Shown: in pieces, positions 1-16,205 of the stretch
How the letters are laid out: each line of letters begins with the position of its first letter
How positions within the stretch are numbered: the stretch's first letter is position 1
NCBI GenBank assembly: GCA_021613535.1
Contig: CP075497.1
Coordinates: forward strand, 10,106,001-10,170,000
Direction: 5' to 3'
Length of the DNA: 64,000 nucleotides
Source: Adineta vaga
Lineage: Eukaryota; Animalia; Rotifera
Position numbers and translations under genes: made by a program
The notes under the pieces: model-generated
Database searches by the model: none
Told to the model about the DNA's origin: nothing
Seen by the model: only the letters and a program-made list of their open reading frames with translations

Positions 1-56
1 TCGAATTTGATATGATACCATAGTACCATTAAAAGAAAGAAAATATTCGATTAATT

Positions 57-2912
<2,856 letters not shown>

Positions 2913-3580
2913 TCGCAATATATCATCTTCCATTTTCTTTTCTGTCCTGTGTATATTGACAAGTGAATGAGTTCTTTTTTCCATTTGTCTTTCTCTGATC
3001 TCTTCTGTGAAACAGTTTGTTTCTTTAATCTCTACATTCGAATGTTCTTGTTTTTTTTCTTTGTTTAACTCAAAGCGAAATTTATTTTCGTCAGTTTTCG
3101 CTCGAAAGATCATTTTTATCACAAACAGTACAGATTGTTTTTATGCTTTTGGGAAAACTAATTACAATAAAGATTGAAGAAAACCTCTGGAAAGAAAGAT
3201 AGTGAAGTACTAACTGTTATATGAAAATGATTGTGTAATATATCAAAGTATAATTATAAGCTTAGTAATTCACTCTCACACTTATACAAATCTTAATAAT
3301 ATGCATTATTTACAATATCGATTGAGTCTTACGTATCCTCGATAAATAGTCTGAAAAGAAAATTTCATTTATATACAGACATAAATGCAATGTATTTTCT
3401 TCCTGAAGCAAAACTGAAATTGAGTGGAATAATAAATAACACTCGATAGATAACTAGCAGGTCGACTTATTCTTCTTATTGTTTATAGTCTTCTCAAATT
3501 TGAATTGATTTCTTTAGGTAAGAATACTTTATATATATACATATTCTTTGTCATTCATTCTTTTAGTATAGAATGTGAAT

Positions 3581-6500
3581 ATGAAGGTATATACTTGATT
3601 ATCGCAAGATGTCCTCAGTCATCATTCTTTTCAGTTCTTCTTTGAGTTTTTATTGACAAATTATTTGAATTAGTTTGATTTCATTTGATATTTTACGGAA
3701 TCTGTTTTTTATTTATTTTATTCACACATGTTTTTTTTTCCTGAGACAAAAACTTTCTCAATCAATATTTTAGTATGAAAATTGAATGTCTTATTTACTG
3801 GAAACTTCTTTAACTTTTCTTTCACCTTTATCAAACCAAGTAAAATAAAACTTTACTTATTATTTTTGTTGTTTTTGAAAAGCTATCTTTTTTTTTAAAG
3901 TTTGAACCTACTGATACAGTCAGAAATCAAACGACAAGTGTTTTGTTACCACTCTCGCCATTATTTGATGCAACTGTTGATGATGATTATTTAGCTGTTC
4001 AATCTTTAATAAGTAAAAATTATGATGTCAATTCGCAGGTAACATGATCAACAAATAGAAAATTGATATTGAATTTTATTTCAAAGGATACTGATGGAGT
4101 AACTGCATTACATTTATGTGCTTTTTTCAATTGTACTGCAACATGTGATACATTATGTGCACGACAAGCATTTGTTAATGCAAAAGATAATCAATTATTA
4201 ACACCTTTATTCTATGCATGCAAAGCCAATCATCCCGTAAGCAAAATAAATTATGAAAATCTTTGATTCAAAAAAGAAAAACGGAAAATATATTTCAGAC
4301 TATTGTACGAACATTGATTGATCATGGTGCTGATTGTGATGTACAGAATAAACATTGGCAAACTCCATTACATATATGTGCACTATCATCAGATGCATCT
4401 ACAGGAGCTTTTGTTATTAATCATGTTACAAATGTAGATACGACGGATGAATATGGATTAACTGCTTTGCATTATGCGGTAAGTTAGATATTTGAATAGA
4501 AATGTGAATTTTGTTATTTAATTTGTTTAATTTAGTGTATGTCTGAAAATATTCAAGTAAGAAAGATTAGAAGAAGAAGAAATTAAAATATTCGAATGAA
4601 TTTTGTTCATTCTAGATGATTAAATTATTAATTGGTGCAGGAGCCAATGTGAATTTATGTGATCGAAAACAAAATTATGCACTTCATTGGACAGCAACAA
4701 AAGGTTCAATCGAAATATTGAATATTTTACTTAATGCTCATGCTAATCCAAATTGTATCAATGATCAAGTAAGATTTCTAAATATTTCAATCTTTATTTT
4801 CATTATCGATTTTCAAGGGTTTAACACCGTTACACCTCTATGTTCTGAATAATCATATCGATTGTATTCGAAAATTGCTCGAGAATAATGCTAATATTAA
4901 TGCTAGTACTCATCATGGTAGTTTACCCATTCACTTCGCAGCTTATCTTGGCAATATGGATATATTTGAACTACTATATAATCAATCCAAAGCATCAGAT
5001 TTAACAGAAACAGATCAACATGGAAATGTATGTATTCTATTTTGATTATAGCATTGAAATGATGATATAATTTTAAGACTCTTCTTCATTTTGCTGCTGC
5101 ATCTAAATCTACCGAATCAAATATTATTCCTCAATTATTAACAAAACTCAAACTACCATTAGTTAATACACAAAATTTTAAACATCAAACTCCATTACAT
5201 ACTGCTATTCTGCATAATAATGAAAATGCTGTACATCAATTACTTGCAGGAGGTAAATCCACAATCATTTTGTTTATTATTGTTAATTCGAATTATTTAT
5301 TAGGTGCTGATCCAAATATTGTTGATGAAAATGAAAATAGTCCATTGCATTTATCAACAATATTCATGAGTAGATCCGATCAGTCCAATATTCTTTTTGC
5401 ATTAGTTTCACAACATCCTGAACTTTTGTGTTTAAAAAATAAGAATAGTCTTATTCCACTACATATTGCATTGAAAAATTTCGATTATCAATCTATTGGC
5501 TATTTAATGCCTGAAAATGAAGGAAAACTAATTGAACAAGCACAACGATCATTATTAATAATGGATTCAATTGGACGTCATTCTCTTCATTATGCTGCTA
5601 ATTCAGGTTTAATAACATTTATTGAACGTTATTTCAAATCCATGACAAAAGATATTATTAATCAACAAGATTCATTTGGTTTAACACCATTACATTATGC
5701 GTGGTAAGTATAATTCTCAATGATTTCAAAATGAAAATCTTTTCTTTTTCTTTCAAGTATTAAATGGCATGGACTTGATGCAATTGATATTTTATTAAAA
5801 CTTGGTGGTGATGTGAATATTAAATGTCATACATATGGTGCAATTCCATTACATTATATTCTTGTTTATTGCTATTCATCGGATACAATTGAACAATTAA
5901 TAAAAGCTGGTAGTGATGCATTGATAAGTACAAAACATGGTGAAACATGTTTATCCTATGGTATCATGCAGAATGATATTTATCTACTTAAAATTCTTTT
6001 TAAATCCATTAAAGAATCGGCAACCTATGATAAATCGAAATTAATCTTTCTATCTTGTTTACATGGAAAAGATAATTCCTTAGAATATCTTATAGAAAAT
6101 CTTTCTGATATTGATTTAAATGCAACAATGAATGATGGCATGACGGCACTTATGCTCGCTTGTTATTATGGACATTGTTCATGTGTTCATTTACTTTTAC
6201 ATCGAAAAGTTAATGTTAAACAAATCAATGAAATTGATGGAAAAACAAGTTTACATTATGCAGCATTGAATGGACGAACAGATTGTATGCTTGCTTTAGT
6301 ACAAGAATTACAAACAAATCCGGATGATTTAAAAACAATTATTGATTTGAAAGATAAAGCAGGAAAGTAAGTTTCCTTTTTTTCTATAACATAGCAAGAG
6401 AAAGAGAAAGATATCATCATTTAGAACTGCACTTCATTATTGTGTTGAACATTCGTCTCCAAGTTGTATACGTTTATTAGTTAATTTTGGTGGTGCAAAT

Positions 6501-7687
6501 CCAAATGTAACTGATTTATTCTCACTTTCACCACTACATTATTGTGCGATATATAATGGTGAAGAAAGTTTACAAGAATTATTAGATGCACATGATATAC
6601 AAGTGAATATTGCGGATAAAAATAATCGATTACCATTACACTATGCAGCCGCAAGTGGAAATGTAACAATTCTATCTACACTTGCTGATGTAAAACTAAT
6701 CGCTAAGATTTCTTCATTTGAATAGAAACGTTCATTCTTTTGTATTTAGTATGATTACGATCAAATTGCTGATATAGATGGATTTAGTCCATTACATTAT
6801 GCAGTCTTGCGAGGTAAAGAAATCGAATTTAATGGATGTTTTTTTTCTTTGCTAATATAAAAAAAATACTTTCTTTAGGACATGATACAGCAGTACGTAT
6901 TCTTCTTGCATCAGAAGTTAGCCTTCGATGTTTGAAAACTAGTCGAATTACACCTGTTCATCTCGCTTGTATACGCGCAGATTCAACATGTCTAAGAGCA
7001 ATTCTAAGTACTCTACGAACAGATAGCATTTCCACAATGATTAATTTACCGACAAAAGTCGATAAGTAAGAAAAAAAGCACAATCAAAATAGATTTCTAA
7101 GGCGCTTTTATTTGTAGATTCACACCGTTACATTTAGCATCAATGATGAAAAATGGTTTCGAATGTGTTCAGATCTTACTTCATTGTGATCAAATCAATG
7201 TGGATGCAAAAGATCATTTACAACGAACACCAATTATGTATGCAATTATCAATGAAATGGATTCAAAACTGATAGGTAAACATAGAATTGTTTCATTTGA
7301 TAAAATATTTCAAAATTCGATTCATTGATTCTCTAGATATGTTTTTGGTTAAATGTCAAAATTTTGATGCTACTGATCATTTGAAAAACAATATTTTACA
7401 TTATGCTTGTATAGCCGTATGTGTTGAATAAAGGAAATCTTTTTTGTGTATATTTTATTGTTATTTGTAGAAGAATGAACCAGTTGTTGAAAACCTTCTT
7501 CGACGAAATCCAACTTCAACATTTATCGAAGCGATTAATCATGAAAATCAAACGTAAGAACACAAGTTCATTTTCTTATTTGAATTCTGATTAATATTGC
7601 GTTTTTAGACCATTGGATTTAGCAAAAAAAGCTCAGTTGTCACCGTCGATAATCGATACATTATTTTCCTTATCTGGTCGTTTATAA
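3581..7687 (+). CDS. Long ankyrin-repeat-only protein (possibly ANKRD28/44/52 PP6-regulatory-like), many exons
   Basis: More than 20 ankyrin repeats (TALHLCA, TPLHICA, TALHYA, TPLHYAC, TALMLAC, TSLHYAA, LPLHYAA). Proposed start ATG AAG|gt at 3581 splices to FEPTD at 3901. A 21-nt exon lies at 4536-4556. Stop TAA ends at 7687. Subfamily assignment is tentative. Confidence 0.8.
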
Positions 7688-7892
7688 AGAATGTTTTCAA
7701 TAATAACTTTTGTTGTTTTTTCTTCAAACTGTGATATTCATTAAAACAAAATGCAAGCGAAGGGAACCAGAGAAAACGAACTGAAATGTGTTTCTTACTG
7801 TCAGATGTTCATTCGTTGTAGATAATATTCAAGCGTATCGATTTTTTCCCTTTTTTTATGTAAAACAAAATGAATACAAAGAAAATTTTTTT

Positions 7893-8603
7893 TTAATAAA
7901 GACGATGACATTTTCCCATTGTGCTTTTAACACAAATTTTCTCGATATTTTGCCATTTTTTTCGTAATAATCCAACAATAAAATGAATTGACATTGTCGT
8001 CATTGTTATCAATTGATCGATTGTCATATCAACATGTCCAATAGCTACGTTGATATTTGCATGTTTTCTCAATTGAATACGTAAGGTAGATTTGATTTGT
8101 TGGATTTTATTAGCTAAGATATCATTATGTGTCAGCAGGATTGGAAATTTGCCGAGTTTCCCAAGACGTGGGCCAAATAAACGTGGTATCTGTCGAATGA
8201 TTGTTTCTGATGCTAGAAATGCGTGATAACTATGGTCTAATTTACGAATTTTCTTTTTATTTTTGTTTAAACGTTTTATATCTTCGACCGACATACAATC
8301 AATTTGATTCATTCGTGCTTCATCACAATGTTTTTCATCACCATAAACACAAATTTTATATCGTGGACGAATGATATGTGGAAGACGTAGTGTACCACTA
8401 AAACGTTTTTCACGAGATGTATCGTAGTTTTTTAAAACTATTTGTAATTCTACTGTTTCCACAAATCTTCGTTTACGTTCATCGTGAGAATATGTCAATA
8501 GTTGATCAAGACATTTATAGATTGTTTCCTAGTAGAAAGATTTCATTCCTGGAATAGATTACAAGTTTAAACTTACTTGAGATATCGTGGATGTCGAACT
8601 CAT
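7893..8603 (-). CDS. RPL10A: 60S ribosomal protein L10a/uL1-like, divergent
   Basis: Exon 1 8577-8603 (MSSTSTISQ) plus exon 2 7893-8528. Motifs RFVETVELQI-LKNYD, KRFSGT, CVYGDEKHCDEA, AFLASETIIRQIPR, GKFP and KSTMGK..RLY*. Confidence 0.9.
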
Positions 8604-9445
8604 TTTCTGTTTATGAAAAAATGAATTCGAAATAGTTATAAACATTATTTACTATCATACTATTGGTGAATGAAAACTTCCAATTTCAAAGAGGTAATTA
8701 CACAAGTTTCGATTTAATGATGAAAGAACATGTTGAAAAAAATGAAGAAGACATGTACAATCAGTGTCATTATTACAAATTCAGAAAATTCAGGATAAAT
8801 TGTTGATCCTAATGTTCTCTATATGGATAAATGAATCTTGATGGAACTACACTTTCTTCGTTGTAAACCTATCGACAATTGTATTAAGAAAATATTCATG
8901 TGATAAATACTGAAAAGTCTAATCTTAATTAGAATATTTCAGATATAAATAGCAAATGAAATCTATTTGTTTCGATCATTTTCATCGTTCTTTCATTCAC
9001 TATAAATTTCCATTATACAACTAATCCCCAATCAACGTCGTACATCGATCATAAAACGAATGTATACACAACTAGATCGGTCTTTTTGTCTCTCTCATCT
9101 ATCATATTGTGAAAGCAGATACTCACACACATACAATACACCGGTGTCCTGTTCAAATAAAGGCGTTTTCTCTTCTTCTTCGTCTCCTTCTCTTCATCTC
9201 AAAATTCGGCGACATAGATAGAGAGAAAAAAAACGAAATTAATCGTCGTTTTTCAATTATCACTTCGAATAGATAGTATTTGCATTCGTTGATGATCTAC
9301 ATTTTGATCAACATATACATCCGAACTGATTTGATAAATACGAATATAACTGGTATGATCATTTCATTATAAATTCATAAGAAAATGTCTCTATTGGTCA
9401 ATTAAAGCGAAAAAGACCAATCATGTTGACATCAGGCGAATGAGA

Positions 9446-9487
9446 GAAAGAGAGCGAGCGAGCGAGGAAGAGAGAGAGAGAGAGAGA
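9446..9487. repeat. (GA)n/(GAGC)n purine microsatellite upstream of the homeobox CDS
   Basis: gagagcgagcgagcgaggaagagagagagagagagaga read directly. Confidence 0.8.
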
Positions 9488-9559
9488 AAAGGAAGCAGAG
9501 AAGAAATCAGTACTTCTATTTTCAATGGCATTAATCGTTTTGCTTGTCGATCGTATTAG

Positions 9560-10408
<849 letters not shown>

Positions 10409-11265
10409 ATTGAAATTGACCTGATTGAAATGGTCTGTGATAACTCAATTATGCGAAAATCGAAAGAATTCTTTTTTGTTTTGTATGTACTTAGTTCATT
10501 GTAAAATGGTTGACATGAAAATAAACTATTTTTTTTCTCATCGTTACGTAAAATATATTATGGGATGATTATCTCCGGAAATAATTGACATTCTTAAACA
10601 ATGCTAAAGCAAAAGCAAATTGTATAAATTGACACAATGCAATGTACAGAAAATGAATATCAAATAAATAAATCTCAAATGTGTTAGTTTCATTCTCAAC
10701 GGAAATTGTTCGAAGAATATGAGTTGTATTTTATTGGTTAACGAAATTTTACTTGAATGACGAAGAAGAAGAGAAATTGATCATTTGGATATCGTTAGCA
10801 AATCTCTTGTTAAGCATTTGTAAATGTTGAATATTTGTCTATGTATACATGTCGTTATGACTTACTATCGAATAGAATAAAGAACGCCTCATTCATTCAA
10901 TCTTTTCTTTTCGCGACGATATGTATTTGTTCTGATCATAATAATGTCTAGAAGATTGACACCTCGATGTTTAAGACAATATATTCGAATTTTCTTTTTT
11001 TTTTTTCTTTTAAATGTATTGTTATATAAAAATCAACGATTAGCCAAGACTAGGTACGAAACAAAGATGTTGTATTAATCTCAATAATGATTCAAATATA
11101 TAGTTCATTTATCAAACGATGTACGGTTAATCTTACAAACTAATCATATATAAGTAATTTGAGAGTTTTCTTTTTTTGGATTGATAATATTTATTTCTTC
11201 CTTATCTATGTACTCTCACACCCTTCATACAAAAACAATGATACTAAAAATTCTATTTTCTTTCA

Positions 11266-12672
11266 TCATCTACAATAGACATGACATGGTTGTCTATCTT
11301 GTAACAATTCAAAAACATTAATTATTAGATAAAAGGGTAAAACACCAAATATAATACCCATTTGAACACTTAAACCAAAATAAAATAAACCATTTTCTTT
11401 TTTCCAAAACAATTTAATACTATTTCCACTAGCAATTCGTACATATGCTAAAATAAATGCTGCACTAAACCATGCAATAACCATGACAATGCCACCGTGA
11501 ACTGTATCAGCCCATATTGGACAAGGACTTTGACAAGCAACAACAATAATAAAACAACAAATTAAACAACCAACGATCGAACCAATAACTACCCAAAGTA
11601 AGGATATGGTTGGACGAAGTAAAGCATAAAATGCAGATAATGGATAAGCTACTGGATAAAGAATACTGCAATAATAGAATGCTTTTTGACCATAGGGTAA
11701 TAATGAATATGTGATTAATGTTGGTAAACAACCATATAAAATACCTGAATTAATAACATTAAACCATTGAAGAATATGAAAATGTTTTCTTGTCATTGAC
11801 TTAGGTGTTGTTAAGGATAATTTTCGAACGACAGGAGTATTTTCACCATATTTTAATAACATTTCACAATTTTCAATATTTTCTTTTTCGAAATTTGTAT
11901 CTCCTGCTTTTGCTAATTTAACAATTGATGTCATTTGTAAGATCATAAAAGCAACTAATGACATTAGAATAATACCCGTGATAAGAAAGAAAAATATTGT
12001 AACACTAAAACGAGGTTCGGAATAAATCGGTTCGAAAGGTAACGTTTGATTCTTTTGTATACATTGAACTTCACCACCGATACCTTGTGCTGTTGCGATT
12101 AAAGTTGGTAGTGATGCTGTTAAACTTTCACCCATAAACATTGCATGTAAATATTTAGCTTTGAAACGTTTCATATAATCACAAAAGACAAGTGAAGATG
12201 TACAATCAAGTATTCCTAATGCAAATACGGCAATAAGCAGTAAATAACTACGTTGAGCACCAAAGATATACAATGTATGATTCCAAAATAATCCAATTGC
12301 ACAACAAGCTATAATACCAACGATAATTATGATATAGATATATGGAATTTCTGAAAAACGTTCTCGTAATCTCCAACGAATAAAAAGAACTATGATTGGA
12401 AAGATATTCGCAAGACTAATAATCAATGATAATGTTGATGGTAATGTCCAACGTTCAGGAGCAGTATTAACAATTAATGGCAATTCGATCCATACACTAT
12501 TTAAATCTATCCAAGTGCTTAAATTAAGAATCATAATAAGAGTATAACATATGTGTTCAGTCCATTTATGATCTTTGGAATTAGGACTATAGAAATGAAA
12601 AAAAGCTTTTTATTATTTTATTCGATTTCGATATTCATACCTCATAGAAAGTTCCAAATTTCGTTGTTCCAT
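11266..12672 (-). CDS. SLC52 family riboflavin transporter
   Basis: Multi-pass membrane protein with WIDLNSVWIELPLIV..PERWTLPS, LDCTSSLVF..YM, MGESL, QGIG, PRFSV, TYSLLPYGQ..YY, A-QSPCP and C-terminal C..YC, all SLC52A hallmarks. Short first exon MEQRNLELSM begins at 12672. Confidence 0.9.
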
Positions 12673-13200
12673 ACTTGTTAGAAATACGTAGAGTTGAATA
12701 GATTGAGATTAATCTTATGATTTTACTTTTTGTTTTATTTTTGTCGATTAACACATACAAAACGTTTCACATTTCATTTGATAATGCCAATCAACGTATT
12801 AAGAAAAAAAGATACCATATGATATGTTATTTGACTTCAATAGAGATAAACTAGAATCAATTCGTTTTGTATGTTCTAATCCTAGATATTAATCTTTTTC
12901 TTGTTTTTTTTTCAAATTTCATAGTGTGTCAAAATATGACCTCGAGTAATGATTAGATAAATCTTTCGTTTTTTACATCAAATGTATTTTATTGAATAGA
13001 TAATGAAAATTTTCCTACGATAGTTTATGAATATTCTCATATCTACATATATATTATTTCTATTGTCTATGAACGCAGAAATACGAAGACTTTTGAAGTT
13101 ATTAGAAAAAAAAAACAATTTGTATAAGATTTCTAAAAGAAAGAAAAAAAAGAGAACGTTCAAGTTTATTGATAAAGATTCTAAAGGAAATGAAAGTCAT

Positions 13201-14252
13201 TCATATATGCCACCAATAAATAAAAACCATTGATAGAATAGACCACCACTGAATAGTAATCATCTTAGATCCTGAATCAAATGCTTCACCACTATAAAAT
13301 TTTCGAGCACTTAATCGACAACGTACATCGGTAACCGCATGATCACAACCATAAAATCCACCTTAAAATGTCGAGAAAACAAATAGAAACTATATCAAAT
13401 CATATTCCATTCAATTACCATGACAATTTAAATTTGCTTGCTTCATAATATATTCCATAAAATTCGAAAGTTGTTCAACATCATCACGAACTTCACTAAT
13501 CGAACAATTTGTTATATGTTTACCGGCACATTGGATATAATCTGTAACTGATTTACACCATTGAACTTTTTCTTGTACAGACCAAGTTATATCGAATTTA
13601 AGGCGCTCTTCTAATATATCATTGCATTCTTTACCAGCCTAGATTATTTTCACAATCTCTTTTCGAAAGAAAAATAAATAAATCAATTTACGACACGAAC
13701 CTCTTCAACTTCACATGGTGACATCGTTGATGGTGTTGTACTTGTTGTTGTTGTGGTTCTTGCTGGTGATAATGTGGTTGTTTTACATTTATATTGAATA
13801 ATTGTTGTACCACCAAGACCGGCACAATATCGACCTAATCGCCAACCCTAGATGATAATCGAAATTGATCTATAATTCATGTTTAGTTAGATAAGTTTCT
13901 TACATTTTGTTGAAGACCAACATCGAAAGCAGCTAATGCACCTGTATGTTCACTTTTTAGATCACAACATTGAAGTCTTTTATTAACACATTCAGCATAT
14001 TTTTTTCCTTGATCACAAAATTGAAAGAGTTGTTCACGTGTATATAAATCATATTTAAACTAGAAAAGAATATTTGAGTAACTTTCACCAAAATCGAATC
14101 TTATCTTATCATACAATTTCTTCGTCGTCAGCTGATGGTGGTTGTGGACATTCAGATGCTTTCCATATATTACAACAATTAATAAATGATATAAGAAGAC
14201 AAAAAGAAACAGCTAGTAGTATTGATGAATAATGATGTTTAGTAAGAAACAT
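13201..14252 (-). CDS. Uncharacterised secreted, probably GPI-anchored protein with two Cys-rich helical domains (neuritin/RGM-N-like spacing), 273 aa
   Basis: Five exons (14115-14252, 13904-14059, 13701-13847, 13419-13638, 13201-13361), all GT-AG and in frame, total 822 nt. Signal peptide MFLTKHHYSSILLAVSFCLLISFINC, Thr-rich linker, hydrophobic C-terminal tail. Confidence 0.85.
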
Positions 14253-15336
14253 TATTTGAACAATTGACGTGTAAAATGAACTTGTTGTTATTGTTTATTC
14301 TCATTTCTACGTTTTTGTCATTGACGTGTTTGTATTAACACACCTACAAAAGGTTTAACAATTGATAATTTACATGTTTGTCACACATAAGTATTCAGTG
14401 AATCTAAATCTCGATCGAGAAGCTCACGCACATATATCATGTTAAAATGATCTCAAATCAATTAGAACATAGTCAAGAAATTGTTTAGATTTCAACAGAT
14501 GATCAAAGAAAACTATGTTGTAAAATTTTAGCTTATGGCTTGCTTGAAGTTTTGCATACTTACTTGTTTTTTTTTGCATTGTATTCGAATAGGTTTCAAA
14601 TGAATAAATGAATGAACGTTTAAAACGAAAGAAAAAAAGCCGTGCAAAAGAAGGATAATAGAGAAGATGACATAAACATTTGTTTTCATTTATTTAAACA
14701 ATCGATAAAGGTAATTTCGGACAACGAGGTAAACATTCGTTTAAGTAAAGGATTGATCAATACGATAGTTCGTAATAAATTCAATAGTAAAAAATAATCC
14801 CAATGACACAAAAAGTCAGTTTAGTGAATAATAAGTTTCGAAAAGGAACTATATGGTCAGTCAACTGTTCATATAGCACAATGAAAGATCCTTTTCTTGT
14901 TTATTTAAAATATTTTGAATATATAAAGTTATCATTCATCTTTATTTTATCGTATTTCACTTAAGTTAGAATTTTATCTTTGTTCATTTAACAGGAGATT
15001 CTTCTCTACAACAAATATTCATATAGAAAAAGAAAACTGCGTTACAAAAGGAAAGAATATTTTGACAACGGGTAATAAACAAGAAAAAAAAACAAACAAG
15101 AATAATAAACCTTTTTTTTGGTGTTTTCTTTTAAGAAAAGAGAGCCATAGGTACAAGCCAATAATGAGAATATTAGAATGAGTGTTTACACGCTAAAAAT
15201 GTTGAGAAGATGAGATTAGATAGACGAGAAAATGATATACATGAGATGGAACGAAAGTGAGAGAAAGAGAAGGTGACTAGTAGCACCGATCGGTTGAATA
15301 TGTTTCGAGTTGTATTCGATAAGAAAGAAAATTTGA

Positions 15337-16174
15337 TTAAACATCGGTGGTTTTCGAGGAACCTGCAGCAGGTATTGCTTGTTGATGTGAATGAGATGAT
15401 GTTGAAGAAGAAGAAGAGGTTGACGTTGAAGCACTTGTAGCACCACATGATGAATCGGTGGATGGATGTAAACCAAGTCGTTTTAGTAATTCAACGGTTT
15501 TTTCTGGTTTTTTCATAATTGGTGGTGGAATCTTCTTTCGATTATTTGGTTCAGGTGATGGTCGAATCTTTTCAATAAAATGTACAGCTGGTGTTGAAGA
15601 AGAATTCGAACGTGATGTACGTGCTGATTCATTGGTTATTGTTGATTGAATAAATCCATTGTTATTAGTATGATTACTATCTGATGGATAATGCACTGGT
15701 GAACTTTTTGACGATGATGATGACGACGAAGAAGATTTTGTTGATTGATGTTCAGTAATATTATTATCATCAATCGATTTCGAAGCTGGTGGTGTAATAA
15801 GACCACTTGAAATAGGTAAATTAAGAACGAGATCAGGTGCATCACTTTCTTGTTGTATTGATAAACGTTCATCTGAATGATTATTTGCTAATGGCATCGA
15901 ACGAAAACATTGTGCATGACATTCTTCCACAGTTCGAATACCAGATAAAACTTCACGTAATGCTGTATCAATATCAATAATTTGTTGTTCATTTGTGGAT
16001 GTTAAACGTGATGAAGATGATGTCGATGATCGTGATTGACAACGATCATTTGTAGTTTGTGGTACTGCAGGTGGACTTGGAGGTAGAACATCATAAATTG
16101 AACGTTGAAGTGTTTTTGGATGGCTTGAACTACTCGTATTTTCATAGGTATTCTCTTGTGATTCATCAGAATCT

Positions 16175-16205
<31 letters not shown>

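Noticed and set aside
3581-7687. Ankyrin gene as a horizontally acquired (bacterial or endosymbiont) gene
   Set aside because: Intron-rich, host-like composition and no foreign domain; nothing supports HGT.
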